Below are positions 19,862 to 27,997 of a stretch of 32,434 nucleotides of DNA, piece by piece. Within the stretch, counting starts at the first letter, position 1, and each line of letters starts with the position of its first letter. The DNA comes from a virus (lineage: Duplodnaviria; Caudoviricetes): positions 1-32,434 of the IMG/VR virus record IMGVR_UViG_3300017903_000046; one strand, written 5' to 3'. A program made the translations under genes and the position numbers. The notes under the pieces were generated by a model that searched no databases, was not told the origin of the DNA, and saw nothing but the letters and a program-made list of their open reading frames with translations.

Positions 19862-20352
19862 TGCCATTAAGTAAAATATTATCAGATTCGTTAGCAAGTG
19901 GTGTAGGTGGTAAAGTATTAAGCCATAAAATTACACAGATTACAGAAAACTCTACAAGGTCAAGTGCAACTTCGTATGCAGATGATTTAGACTTCGGTAG
20001 TTTTACACCATCAGTTTCAAGTAGCATTGTTCTTATACAAGGAGTGGCAAATTTTGATAGTGCAAATACAGCATATTGTTATTATAAATGGGTTGTTGAT
20101 GGTACAGATTTTTTATCAACAACAGGCACTACTCCTACAGCTACACATATATTTTATAGTATAGATGCAATGAACAATCTATCATATATGCCTTCAACAA
20201 TACTGACAAGTGTAACGAACTCTGATGGATCAGCTATACCTGTAAAATGTCAAGGTAAAGTATCATCTGGAACATTATCTATTAATAGAAGTAATAATGC
20301 AAGTCAAGCAGGTTCACCGAGTACAGTAATTTGGACAGAAATAGCAACATAA
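19861..20352 (+). CDS. Tail fibre module B1 (Ser/Thr-rich beta domain)
   Basis: 163 aa, TAATG-coupled, ends in IWTEIA. Confidence 0.55.
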   Translation: MPLSKILSDSLASGVGGKVLSHKITQITENSTRSSATSYADDLDFGSFTPSVSSSIVLIQGVANFDSANTAYCYYKWVVDGTDFLSTTGTTPTATHIFYSIDAMNNLSYMPSTILTSVTNSDGSAIPVKCQGKVSSGTLSINRSNNASQAGSPSTVIWTEIAT

Positions 20353-20368
20353 AAGAAAGGAGAGTAAC

Positions 20369-20659
20369 ATGGCTTGGGTAAAAATAGTTGATAATGTAGT
20401 TACACAGAAACAACCTTACCAAGAAGATGGGTTTGAGGAAGTATCTGATAATGTAGTATGTGGTCAAATAAAACAAAGTGATGGCTCTTTTGCTAATCCA
20501 ACTCCACCAGAGTTGACATATGCAGAGAAACGAGAGCGAGAATATCCATCTATTCCAGATCAGTTAGATATGCAGTATCACGATACTGTTAACAGCACAA
20601 CTACTTGGAAAGATGCAATTAAAGCTATTAAAGATAAATATCCAAAGGATGGTGAGTAG
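20369..20659 (+). CDS. Fibre assembly chaperone-like protein C1
   Basis: R..EYPSI.DQLDMQYHD....W..AI..IK.KYPK pattern. Confidence 0.6.
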   Translation: MAWVKIVDNVVTQKQPYQEDGFEEVSDNVVCGQIKQSDGSFANPTPPELTYAEKREREYPSIPDQLDMQYHDTVNSTTTWKDAIKAIKDKYPKDGE

Positions 20660-21552
20660 TGCCTTATATTGGTCAACAACCAGAAATTGGAGCATACAAA
20701 AAGCTAGATTCTATTACAGCAGTTAATGGTCAAGCAGCTTATACTCTACAGTATTCTTCTGCTAACTATAGTCCTGCTTCAGCGAATCATCTTATTGTAA
20801 GTTTGAATGGTGTAATTCAAGCACCTCAAGATTCATTTACAGTATCTGGCAGTACCCTTACCTTTGCATCTAATCTTAGTACAGGAGATTCAATAGATTT
20901 TATTCTAGCATTAGGCGATGTTTTATCTGTGGGCACTCCGAGTGATGGTACAATTACTAGTGGAAAATTATCAAGCAATGTTATTAGCACTCTTACAGAA
21001 GACACTTCTCCTGCTGATGATGATTTGGTTTTAACATTTGATACCTCTGCAAGTGCATTAAAAAAAGTTCAAAAAAGTAATTTAGCAAGTCAAGGTGCTT
21101 ATGAAAGTGCATTGTTACATGTAAGACAAGAAGAAAGCAGTGGTGGTGGAAGTGGTAGCATGTCTACAAGTGCTTGGAATACAAGAACTCTTAATACAGT
21201 AATGACAAATGAAATAACAAGTGCATCTTTAAGCTCAAATCAAATAACTTTACCAAGTGGTACTTATTATATTTATGCCTATGGATTAGGTTATGCTTGT
21301 AATAAACATCAAACAAAATTATATAACACTACAGATGCTTCTGATGTATTACTAGGTAATAGTAGTCAGGCACATCAAACTTATGGTAATCAGACACATA
21401 GTATTGTAAGTGGTCGTTTTACTATATCAGCTCAAAAAGTTTTTGAACTACAATCAAAATCATCAATTGCCAAATCAACTAATGGAATGGGTGTTCATGC
21501 AGGATTAGGTACAGAAGTTTACACAGATGCAAATATATGGAAGGTGGGATAG
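20659..21552 (+). CDS. Tail fibre/receptor-binding module A2
   Basis: GTG start, MPYIGQQP, LNGVIQAP domain; the C-terminal LPSGTYY domain is paralogous to A1. Confidence 0.65.
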   Translation: MPYIGQQPEIGAYKKLDSITAVNGQAAYTLQYSSANYSPASANHLIVSLNGVIQAPQDSFTVSGSTLTFASNLSTGDSIDFILALGDVLSVGTPSDGTITSGKLSSNVISTLTEDTSPADDDLVLTFDTSASALKKVQKSNLASQGAYESALLHVRQEESSGGGSGSMSTSAWNTRTLNTVMTNEITSASLSSNQITLPSGTYYIYAYGLGYACNKHQTKLYNTTDASDVLLGNSSQAHQTYGNQTHSIVSGRFTISAQKVFELQSKSSIAKSTNGMGVHAGLGTEVYTDANIWKVG

Positions 21553-22140
21553 ATGGCTATTATAAGAGCAAACAATAATACACTTAGTTCAGTAACAGAA
21601 TTACCTTTTGCAACAGGTGGGTTGGTTAAATTAAAAACAACAGATATTACTGTTGCAACAGCACTTCTTACTTTTGATAGTTCACTTATTACTGATACTT
21701 ATGATAAATATATTGTTGAATATACAGGACTAAAACCTGTTACAAATAATGTAAATTTTAGATCAAGAGTTTCTTCAGATAATGGAAGTTCATTTGTTAC
21801 AGGTACTTATCATTATGGATATGATTATACTAAATGTGGTGGAGCTGATGGTGCAAGAAGTGGAAGTGCAAAAAGTAATTATGCTCTTGGTGATTTTGCT
21901 TTAGGGAATGATTCAGGTTATCCATATAATGGGGTTATGTATTTTGAAGGGATGAGAGATACAGGAACTTATTTAACGATTAGAAATAATTTTGCCATAA
22001 AAAATCAAAATGATGTTCGTTCTTTAGTAACAGAAGCTTGGGTATTAGATGCAACAACTGCTTACAATTACATAGAATTTAGTTTTAGTAGTGGCAACAT
22101 TGCTGATGGAACATTCACTTTATATGGACTAACTAAATAA
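21553..22140 (+). CDS. Tail fibre module B2
   Basis: GGLVKL..T, TYDKY and C-terminal SSGNI..GTFTLYG, typical of marine phage fibre tip domains. Confidence 0.6.
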   Translation: MAIIRANNNTLSSVTELPFATGGLVKLKTTDITVATALLTFDSSLITDTYDKYIVEYTGLKPVTNNVNFRSRVSSDNGSSFVTGTYHYGYDYTKCGGADGARSGSAKSNYALGDFALGNDSGYPYNGVMYFEGMRDTGTYLTIRNNFAIKNQNDVRSLVTEAWVLDATTAYNYIEFSFSSGNIADGTFTLYGLTK

Positions 22141-22154
22141 GAAAGGAGGTAAAT

Positions 22155-22460
22155 ATGTCAATTTATAAAACTAAAATGGTTAATGGTGTTCAGGTTGCTT
22201 TGACATTAGAAGAAATAGCTGAATTAGAAGCTAGGGATACTGAGTGGAACAATGGAGCTAAGGACAGAGCAATGGTTAATCTTAGAAATAAAAGAAATGA
22301 TTTGTTAAAAGAAACAGATTATTATGCTTTATCTGATGTAACTATGAGTACAGAAATGACAACTTATAGACAAGCACTTAGAGATTTACCAAGCACTATA
22401 TCTGATGATGATACAGCAGAAGATGTAGATAATGTAACATTTCCAACTAAGCCTGAATAA
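22155..22460 (+). CDS. Tail fibre assembly chaperone C2
   Basis: LR.KRN.LL.ETD...YRQALRDLP...FPTKP motif and an AAGGAGG RBS. Confidence 0.75.
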   Translation: MSIYKTKMVNGVQVALTLEEIAELEARDTEWNNGAKDRAMVNLRNKRNDLLKETDYYALSDVTMSTEMTTYRQALRDLPSTISDDDTAEDVDNVTFPTKPE

Positions 22461-22579
22461 TGCAGTTAACTAAAAACATAATAAGGTTCGGAAATTTTTT
22501 GATAAGAATACCAAAGGCTATGAAAGGTGTTTGGGATAAATCTGAAAATAGATGGGGTTATAAAAAAAATGTCAAATAA
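22460..22579 (+). CDS. Hypothetical micro-protein, 39 aa (MQLTKNIIRFGNFLIRIPK...)
   Basis: Manually translated; TAATG-coupled and fills the gap between neighbours. Confidence 0.5.
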   Translation: MQLTKNIIRFGNFLIRIPKAMKGVWDKSENRWGYKKNVK

Positions 22580-22763
22580 AACTATACAGAATGTAGCAAC
22601 TGAATTAGAAGCTCATGAAAGAGAATGTGCTGTGTATAGAGATATGACAAGATTGCAATTAGAAAAATTAGAAGGTAGAATAAAAAGGTTAGAAATGTTA
22701 ATTATGGCATCTACTATATCTACAGTATCGTTTATATTAGTAGTAGCAATGAAAGTAATATGA
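22569..22763 (+). CDS. Coiled-coil protein with C-terminal TM segment (XhlA/holin-like)
   Basis: LEAHERECA...IKRLE followed by a hydrophobic tail. The ATG at 22569 is preferred to the GTG at 22527. Confidence 0.55.
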   Translation: MSNKTIQNVATELEAHERECAVYRDMTRLQLEKLEGRIKRLEMLIMASTISTVSFILVVAMKVI

Positions 22764-23032
22764 GAAAAGAACATAAAAGTAAAACAGGTGGATTAACAGC
22801 AGCAGGTAGAAAATACTTTAAAAGAAAAGAAGGTGCTAATCTAAAACCTCCTGTTAAAAAAGGAACTAATCCTAGACGAGTTAGTTTTGCTGCTCGGTTT
22901 GCAGGGATGAAAGGTCCTATGAAGGATAGTAAAGGTAGACCCACTAGAAAAGCATTGGCACTAAAAAAATGGGGATTTGGTAGTGTAGAAGCAGCAAGAA
23001 AATTTGCAGCAAGGCATAAGAAAAAAAAGTGA
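22760..23032 (+). CDS. Highly basic conserved phage protein
   Basis: GGLTAAGR...LKPPV...RRVSF.AR..GM...ALKKWG pattern recognised from marine phages (DUF6321-like). Confidence 0.6.
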   Translation: MRKEHKSKTGGLTAAGRKYFKRKEGANLKPPVKKGTNPRRVSFAARFAGMKGPMKDSKGRPTRKALALKKWGFGSVEAARKFAARHKKKK

Positions 23033-23038
23033 GGGGTA

Positions 23039-23503
23039 ATGTTAATCGATCCAATTACAGCATTTGCAGCAACTAAGTCTGCAATAGGATTAATACAACA
23101 AGGTATAAAAGTAGGCAAAGATTTAACTGATCTTGCTAGTCCTATTATGAAATGGGCAGATGCAGAAGCTCATATAGATACACATTCTAGTAATAAAGGT
23201 AAAAGTTTATTTGGTAAGTTTAGTAGTATAGAACAAAATGCTATAGCTGCTCATTTACGAAAAATGGAAATAAAAAAAATGAGAGATGAGCTTAGAGAAA
23301 TATTTGTTTTATATGCACCTAATGGTTTGTATCAATGGGAACAATTACAAAAAGAAATAGCAAGACAAAGAAAAGCACATAAAGATGCCCTTAAAAGACG
23401 ATTAGAAGCTCGTAGACAACGATTAAATATGTTAATGTGGATTGGGGCTTCTATAGGTGTTATTGGCTTTCTAGCATTAGAATTTTACATTTTGTTATAC
23501 TAA
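23039..23503 (+). CDS. Hypothetical membrane-anchored protein
   Basis: DPITA N-terminal amphipathic helix, basic coiled coil and C-terminal TM segment. GAGGGG RBS. Confidence 0.6.
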   Translation: MLIDPITAFAATKSAIGLIQQGIKVGKDLTDLASPIMKWADAEAHIDTHSSNKGKSLFGKFSSIEQNAIAAHLRKMEIKKMRDELREIFVLYAPNGLYQWEQLQKEIARQRKAHKDALKRRLEARRQRLNMLMWIGASIGVIGFLALEFYILLY

Positions 23504-24193
23504 TTTTTTTATCCATCTACCTTTTTTATCTAATATCATAGGTAATAGTCTAGGAACTCCATTTATAATTATACCACAACCTATTATAAATCTTGTTTTA
23601 AAATTTTTAGCATAACTAAATGCCATGCTTTTTTGATTAATTAAGCAACCTACATTCATAGCAAAGAATAAATTATTAGGATTAGCCCACCATTGTATTA
23701 AAAATTTTGTATGATAATGTCCTTGTACTGCTGACATACCCATTGTTTGTGATACCTTTAAAACATCTGCTGCTCTACCATGTGTAAAAAATACTTTTTC
23801 TTTATTAGATAGAGTAAGTGTTAAGTCATCTACCCATTTCCATTTTTTTGTATCTAAGAAGTCTGCATATGATTTCATAAACTCTCTACTCATACCAAAT
23901 TTAATACCTCTTCTATATACTAAACTAGAATGGTTTGAGTCTACTTCAATAACTTCTGGGTATATTGATTCTAATTCTTTTACATATTTGCGAGCAATTT
24001 TAAGCTCATGTCCTGCTGAGTATAAGTCTGGGTCATGGCTGTGAAATGATATAGCATGAAAGTCTAGCATATCACCAATGTTTACAATAAAGTCTGGTTT
24101 GTATTCTTTTTTAATTTCTTTTAAAAAATCAAAAGCATCTGTATGGTGATAGGGTATATGTAAATCAGATATTACTAAAACTCTTTTGTACAT
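23495..24193 (-). CDS. Calcineurin-like metallophosphoesterase
   Basis: SDLH, GDMLD, SNH, THG and GHYH metal-binding motifs. Confidence 0.88.
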   Translation of the reverse strand: MYKRVLVISDLHIPYHHTDAFDFLKEIKKEYKPDFIVNIGDMLDFHAISFHSHDPDLYSAGHELKIARKYVKELESIYPEVIEVDSNHSSLVYRRGIKFGMSREFMKSYADFLDTKKWKWVDDLTLTLSNKEKVFFTHGRAADVLKVSQTMGMSAVQGHYHTKFLIQWWANPNNLFFAMNVGCLINQKSMAFSYAKNFKTRFIIGCGIIINGVPRLLPMILDKKGRWIKKLV

Positions 24194-24222
24194 TTTATTT
24201 ACCTAAGTTATCCACAGGTATA

Positions 24223-24250
24223 AAAGTAACACATTTTAAGGATTATGCAA
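24223..24250 (-). promoter_or_regulatory. Putative sigma70 promoter for the phosphoesterase gene
   Basis: TTGCAT-16 nt-TACTTT with an extended TG on the - strand. Confidence 0.4.
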
Positions 24251-24680
24251 GACCTCGCATAATTTCAGCTAGAGATTCTGCTCTGTTTTTAGTTTGTGTT
24301 GCCCATTTAGAATCTAACATCTGGTTAGCAGCTTCTACATAATCTTGATTTTCTAATGCTGTCCACATTTTTTTAAACTTACTTACTCCACCCATACCTA
24401 ATTGAAAAACCATTTCAACTATAATTTCAGCTGCTTTGTTTTTAATGATAGTGTTTCCAATTAATTTTTCTGCTTGGTTTACAGCTTCATTGAAATCAAC
24501 CTCAAAAACATCATTAAGATATTGCATATCATAGGGTTTACCATCAATCCATTCTTCATCATCTGTGCAGAGGTGTCCATATCCTATGGTTCTTTTACCT
24601 AGTGTATCTTTGTACACAGTATCACAGAACCCCTCATGGGTTTTAATTCTTTCTTTAAGTTCTTCTAAATTGTAAAACAT
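24243..24680 (-). CDS. Endolysin, GH24/T4-lysozyme-like
   Basis: HEG...YKDTLG..TIGYGH (E-8-D-5-T triad), MVFQLG..GV.KF and SKWA.QT..RA. Confidence 0.9.
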   Translation of the reverse strand: MFYNLEELKERIKTHEGFCDTVYKDTLGKRTIGYGHLCTDDEEWIDGKPYDMQYLNDVFEVDFNEAVNQAEKLIGNTIIKNKAAEIIVEMVFQLGMGGVSKFKKMWTALENQDYVEAANQMLDSKWATQTKNRAESLAEIMRGLA

Positions 24681-25081
24681 TATTTTTTCATGTTATCTCT
24701 AGCTATACCTTTTGACTTTTCATAGCTACGAAGTCCACCAAGTCCCAATAAAGATAAAGTTAGAGTCATAAGCTCCCCTGTGTTTAGGTTGGGAAGTTTT
24801 ATAGTAGGATCAACCATAATTGCTATCCATTCAGCAATAGGCATAAAGAAAAAGTTAGTGAAGATACCTAATGCACATATCCACATGATACAAGGTCTAG
24901 CTCCTGCAACAAAAAGACTTGGGTGTTTAGCTTGTTCTAAGTTGATTTCAGCTTGTTTTTTATCGAGCTCATTGATTTGTTTTTTTAGCTCACCATTGAT
25001 CTTTGTTTTAAGGTCTTTGTCCTCAACAAACTGATCAATAATTTTTCCTGCTACACTTACTATTGAACCAATAGGTAACAT
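24680..25081 (-). CDS. Holin (GTA 3TM holin-like)
   Basis: AEIN..QA...SLFVAG.RP.I.W...LLGLGGLRSYEK; adjacent to the lysozyme gene. Confidence 0.8.
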   Translation of the reverse strand: MLPIGSIVSVAGKIIDQFVEDKDLKTKINGELKKQINELDKKQAEINLEQAKHPSLFVAGARPCIMWICALGIFTNFFFMPIAEWIAIMVDPTIKLPNLNTGELMTLTLSLLGLGGLRSYEKSKGIARDNMKK

Positions 25082-25183
25082 CTACCAAACATTCAAAAGA
25101 ATTATTATTAGTAAAGCAAGAACTACCCATTCATATATAGTCAATGCTAGGTTCTCCCATTGCTCTTTAATTTTATCCCACAT
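25082..25183 (-). CDS. Single-TM micro-protein, 33 aa (MWDKIKEQWENLALTIYEWVVLALLIIILLNVW)
   Basis: Manually translated; its stop codon abuts the holin ATG. Confidence 0.6.
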   Translation of the reverse strand: MWDKIKEQWENLALTIYEWVVLALLIIILLNVW

Positions 25184-25190
25184 AACAACA

Positions 25191-25218
25191 ATGTTAGGGG
25201 TATTTATGGATTATGCAA
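25191..25218 (-). promoter_or_regulatory. Putative promoter of the lysis cassette
   Basis: TTGCAT-16 nt-TAACAT, with 7 nt between the -10 and the ATG at 25183. Confidence 0.45.
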
Positions 25219-25235
25219 GTGTATTTAAGTTAATA

Positions 25236-26066
25236 TCAAATACCACACATACCTTCATCACAGATAGAATTAAATCCATCAAACATATCTAACTGACCAT
25301 CATCTTCCAATGCTTTGTCTAATGGCTCACAACTTCTATGTAAATATAAGTCATCTTTATATTTATTTTTAATTTTATATTTTTCTTGATCTCTAATTTG
25401 TCTGTCCATTTGCACTGCTTTTTCAAATAATTCTGGGTCATTTTCTTTTATTTCTTTCCAAGTTGATTGGCTGTGAAATGGGCAAAAATAACAAGCTGAT
25501 TTAGTAGGCATAGGATATCCATTGTCTTTCATCCACATAATACAATCTTGTCTTGACATCCCAAGATCATTAATTAATGGATATTGATTATCTATATATC
25601 GAAGTCTATTCATTCTCATTCTTCTCATTTCATCTGTTGATATTCCCATTAACATTTCAACTTTAACTTGTTTAAAATCTACTCTTTCACCTTTTTTGTA
25701 ACCCAACAATTCTCTTACTTTTTTTGTTACAGGTTTAATTTTATAATCAGCAGTACATTGCCTCATTAACATACCTTTTTGTTCTGTTTCTTTATTTTTG
25801 GTATAAAATGGAATTGTAAATGCTTGATACTTGCCTTGACTTGCATCTAATACATCTTGTTCTAAATTTCTCCAAGTAACTATATACACAGGATAACTTA
25901 CTGTTTTTTTTATAAACTCTAACCACTCATATACTTTTGGTGGCTCTGCTTGTGTGTCAGCAAAAATTGCACAATCAACCATAGGTATTTTACCTTTATG
26001 TATCATTAATGCTAATGTACTTGATTGAACCCCTGCTCCTAATGATAATACTCTTAATGTTTTCAT
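25236..26066 (-). CDS. PAPS-reductase-like PP-loop (adenine nucleotide alpha-hydrolase) protein, Cys-rich
   Basis: SLGAGVQS PP-loop variant, FADT..E, RQCT..YKI.P, GIS.DE..R, YPL, KSACYFCPF and C-terminal C...C. Confidence 0.8.
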   Translation of the reverse strand: MKTLRVLSLGAGVQSSTLALMIHKGKIPMVDCAIFADTQAEPPKVYEWLEFIKKTVSYPVYIVTWRNLEQDVLDASQGKYQAFTIPFYTKNKETEQKGMLMRQCTADYKIKPVTKKVRELLGYKKGERVDFKQVKVEMLMGISTDEMRRMRMNRLRYIDNQYPLINDLGMSRQDCIMWMKDNGYPMPTKSACYFCPFHSQSTWKEIKENDPELFEKAVQMDRQIRDQEKYKIKNKYKDDLYLHRSCEPLDKALEDDGQLDMFDGFNSICDEGMCGI

Positions 26067-26080
26067 TGTAATATTGTATG

Positions 26081-26968
26081 TTAAAATATAGTATTGTTAA
26101 AGTGTTTACACCATTTATTTACTCTACAGTAGTTGGCACATCTAATATCTTCACCTGCTCTATGTACTATCATACAACCCTTACCTTCTTTCATATTGTT
26201 TTCAGTAAGGTATTGTTTTGCTTTTTCTAGTGTAGGCAATACCCTTAGTGCAGATTTTCTACCATCTTTCATAACTGCAAAGCTATCTTCTTTTCTCCAT
26301 CTTTCTTTAGGAGAGCATACATCTGGTTCTTTTATATCTGCTTGTTGATGTAGTTTTATTCTTTCTCTAATAAAATCTTCTTGTTCTTCTTCTGACCATA
26401 ACCTAATAGGTATCTTGACTACCTGTGCTTGAGGATAGTTATCTGATTTACTAGCTTGTAGTTTAGACCAATCTCTTAATATGGCTATGATATATAATTG
26501 TTTTATTTTTATGTTTACCTTATCTGGATTTTTTCTAACTAAAAAGTCTAATATATTTAACTGTTGTTCCCATTCATCTTTACCATTTTGCAGGGCATCT
26601 AGGGCTGACCAAGCTGAAGTAACTTTAAAATCTATAAGTTCTCCATCTCCTGTTATGTAATCAAATTGTCCAGATATTGTCCAATTATTAGTGGTAGCTA
26701 TATCTTTATAAAACAATCTTATTTCTGATAAATCGTTTTCTGTTTCTGCTCTTTCTATAATGTGATGTACTGATTGTCCAATTAATGACCATATTCTATC
26801 TGATACATCTTCTTCTATTTCATCTTTATGCTTGATCTCTAGGTATCTAATTAAAGGGGGTGCTATCAATCGAGTAGTAGAGATATCTGATCCAGAGGGG
26901 TCATAAGGATCATTCTCTACTGCTCTCTTGATAGCTAGGGGGAGGTTCATTTTATTAGTTAAATTCAT
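26081..26968 (-). CDS. Cas4/RecB-like PD-(D/E)XK exonuclease
   Basis: G.SVH, SGQFD, LIDFKVT, QLN and C-terminal C...RC..YC....C cysteines. Confidence 0.78.
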   Translation of the reverse strand: MNLTNKMNLPLAIKRAVENDPYDPSGSDISTTRLIAPPLIRYLEIKHKDEIEEDVSDRIWSLIGQSVHHIIERAETENDLSEIRLFYKDIATTNNWTISGQFDYITGDGELIDFKVTSAWSALDALQNGKDEWEQQLNILDFLVRKNPDKVNIKIKQLYIIAILRDWSKLQASKSDNYPQAQVVKIPIRLWSEEEQEDFIRERIKLHQQADIKEPDVCSPKERWRKEDSFAVMKDGRKSALRVLPTLEKAKQYLTENNMKEGKGCMIVHRAGEDIRCANYCRVNKWCKHFNNTIF

Positions 26969-27171
26969 CTACTGTATATCCTTTTATCTATCTTAAAGTT
27001 TTTTATTCTAGTGCATTTAATAGCAACAATGTTTATTGGAGTGTTATCAAATTGTCTTTGTATATTATAAAACAAGGCATCATTGCACTTGGGTTGTAAT
27101 GGCATAGCATACTTCACCCACATTTTATCTTGATACTCAAACCAAAGAGTTATGACAAATATTTTAAACAT
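26965..27171 (-). CDS. Hypothetical protein
   Basis: 68 aa, overlapping its neighbours in an operon-like arrangement. Confidence 0.55.
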   Translation of the reverse strand: MFKIFVITLWFEYQDKMWVKYAMPLQPKCNDALFYNIQRQFDNTPINIVAIKCTRIKNFKIDKRIYSR

Positions 27172-27292
27172 CTAAAAACTTATAATACTTTCTATATTCT
27201 TCTGGAACAAATACACTTCTACCTTGATGGTCTTTAATAACTATTCCTTTTAGGTCAATTAAATATCCATCTTTGTTATAAAACTCTATCAT
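27164..27292 (-). CDS. Hypothetical micro-protein, 42 aa (MIEFYNKDGYLIDLKG...)
   Basis: Manually translated; fills the gap in the - strand operon. Confidence 0.55.
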   Translation of the reverse strand: MIEFYNKDGYLIDLKGIVIKDHQGRSVFVPEEYRKYYKFLDV

Positions 27293-27299
27293 GCCGTCA

Positions 27300-27896
27300 T
27301 TAAAATGGTACTGTGTCATCTGGGTCTATATCACTTTCACCATGTTCTTTTACATCACTTTGATCTTGTCCTTCAAGTTCTTTAGATTGCAGTATCATGT
27401 TTCTAATACCTTCTCTTAGTTGATTGAATACAGTAAGATCACCCTTTTGATATTGGTCAATACTAAATACTAATGATTTATTGTGTTGAATACCAACTTC
27501 ATCTTTTGTAGGTAATACTGTAGCTACTTTAGGTTTACCATTATTACCTTCTATAACATTAAGCTGACATACTTTGCCAACAAGATTGCTTATATCAAAA
27601 CCTTTTTTTTCATCTTCTGTAAAAGGTCTACCTCTCCAAGATGTTAGGTCTTTAGATAGGTTAGCTTTTTCATACAAACTATTATTGTAGAAGTTACTAA
27701 TCTCAAAAGGTTCTTCACTATCTTTATTGTGAACTTCCCATGTTATCATAACTTTTCTTTTCCAAGATACTTGACCTTGATATTCATTTCTTTGTGTACC
27801 TAAATCTATAACTCTAATGCATCTTGCATTATGAACCCCTGTTGATAGTTGAGGATATTTAGATTGTTGGCTATCATCTTTTACTATTAAACTCAT
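27300..27896 (-). CDS. Probable single-stranded DNA-binding protein
   Basis: ARC..VIDLGTQ...SWRGRPFT core and an acidic tail ending DDTVPF. Confidence 0.65.
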   Translation of the reverse strand: MSLIVKDDSQQSKYPQLSTGVHNARCIRVIDLGTQRNEYQGQVSWKRKVMITWEVHNKDSEEPFEISNFYNNSLYEKANLSKDLTSWRGRPFTEDEKKGFDISNLVGKVCQLNVIEGNNGKPKVATVLPTKDEVGIQHNKSLVFSIDQYQKGDLTVFNQLREGIRNMILQSKELEGQDQSDVKEHGESDIDPDDTVPF

Positions 27897-27926
27897 TGTT
27901 TTCCCTTTTGTTATAATTATCTGATT

Positions 27927-27955
27927 AATATAAGTTAATATAAATATTATGTCAA
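27927..27955 (-). promoter_or_regulatory. Leftward sigma70 promoter
   Basis: TTGACA-17 nt-TATATT on the - strand. Confidence 0.7.
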
Positions 27956-27962
27956 CAACATA

Positions 27963-27990
27963 TTGACAAAAGTTAATAAAATTATAATAT
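27963..27990 (+). promoter_or_regulatory. Rightward sigma70 promoter, back to back with the leftward one
   Basis: TTGACA-16 nt-TAATAT, with 7 nt between the -10 and the ATG at 27998. Confidence 0.65.
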
Positions 27991-27997
27991 ATGTAGT

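Noticed and set aside
19034-22460. Diversity-generating retroelement or invertase shufflon acting on the fibre genes
   Set aside because: There is no reverse transcriptase or recombinase, and the A1/A2 similarity is diverged at all bases rather than adenine-specific.
25236-26066. Calling this gene cysH, dndC or queC
   Set aside because: The fold is recognisable, but pathway partners are absent and the motifs are not specific enough for a gene symbol.
1494-26348. Alternative-frame or antisense ORFs in the track (e.g. 1494-1700, 2055-2324, 2589-2795, 2600-2782, 5061-5339, 7240-7476, 15644-16030, 17765-18187, 18274-18492, 22732-23118, 24780-25034, 26133-26348)
   Set aside because: They lie wholly or mostly inside well-supported genes, show no recognisable motifs, and mirror low-complexity codon use.
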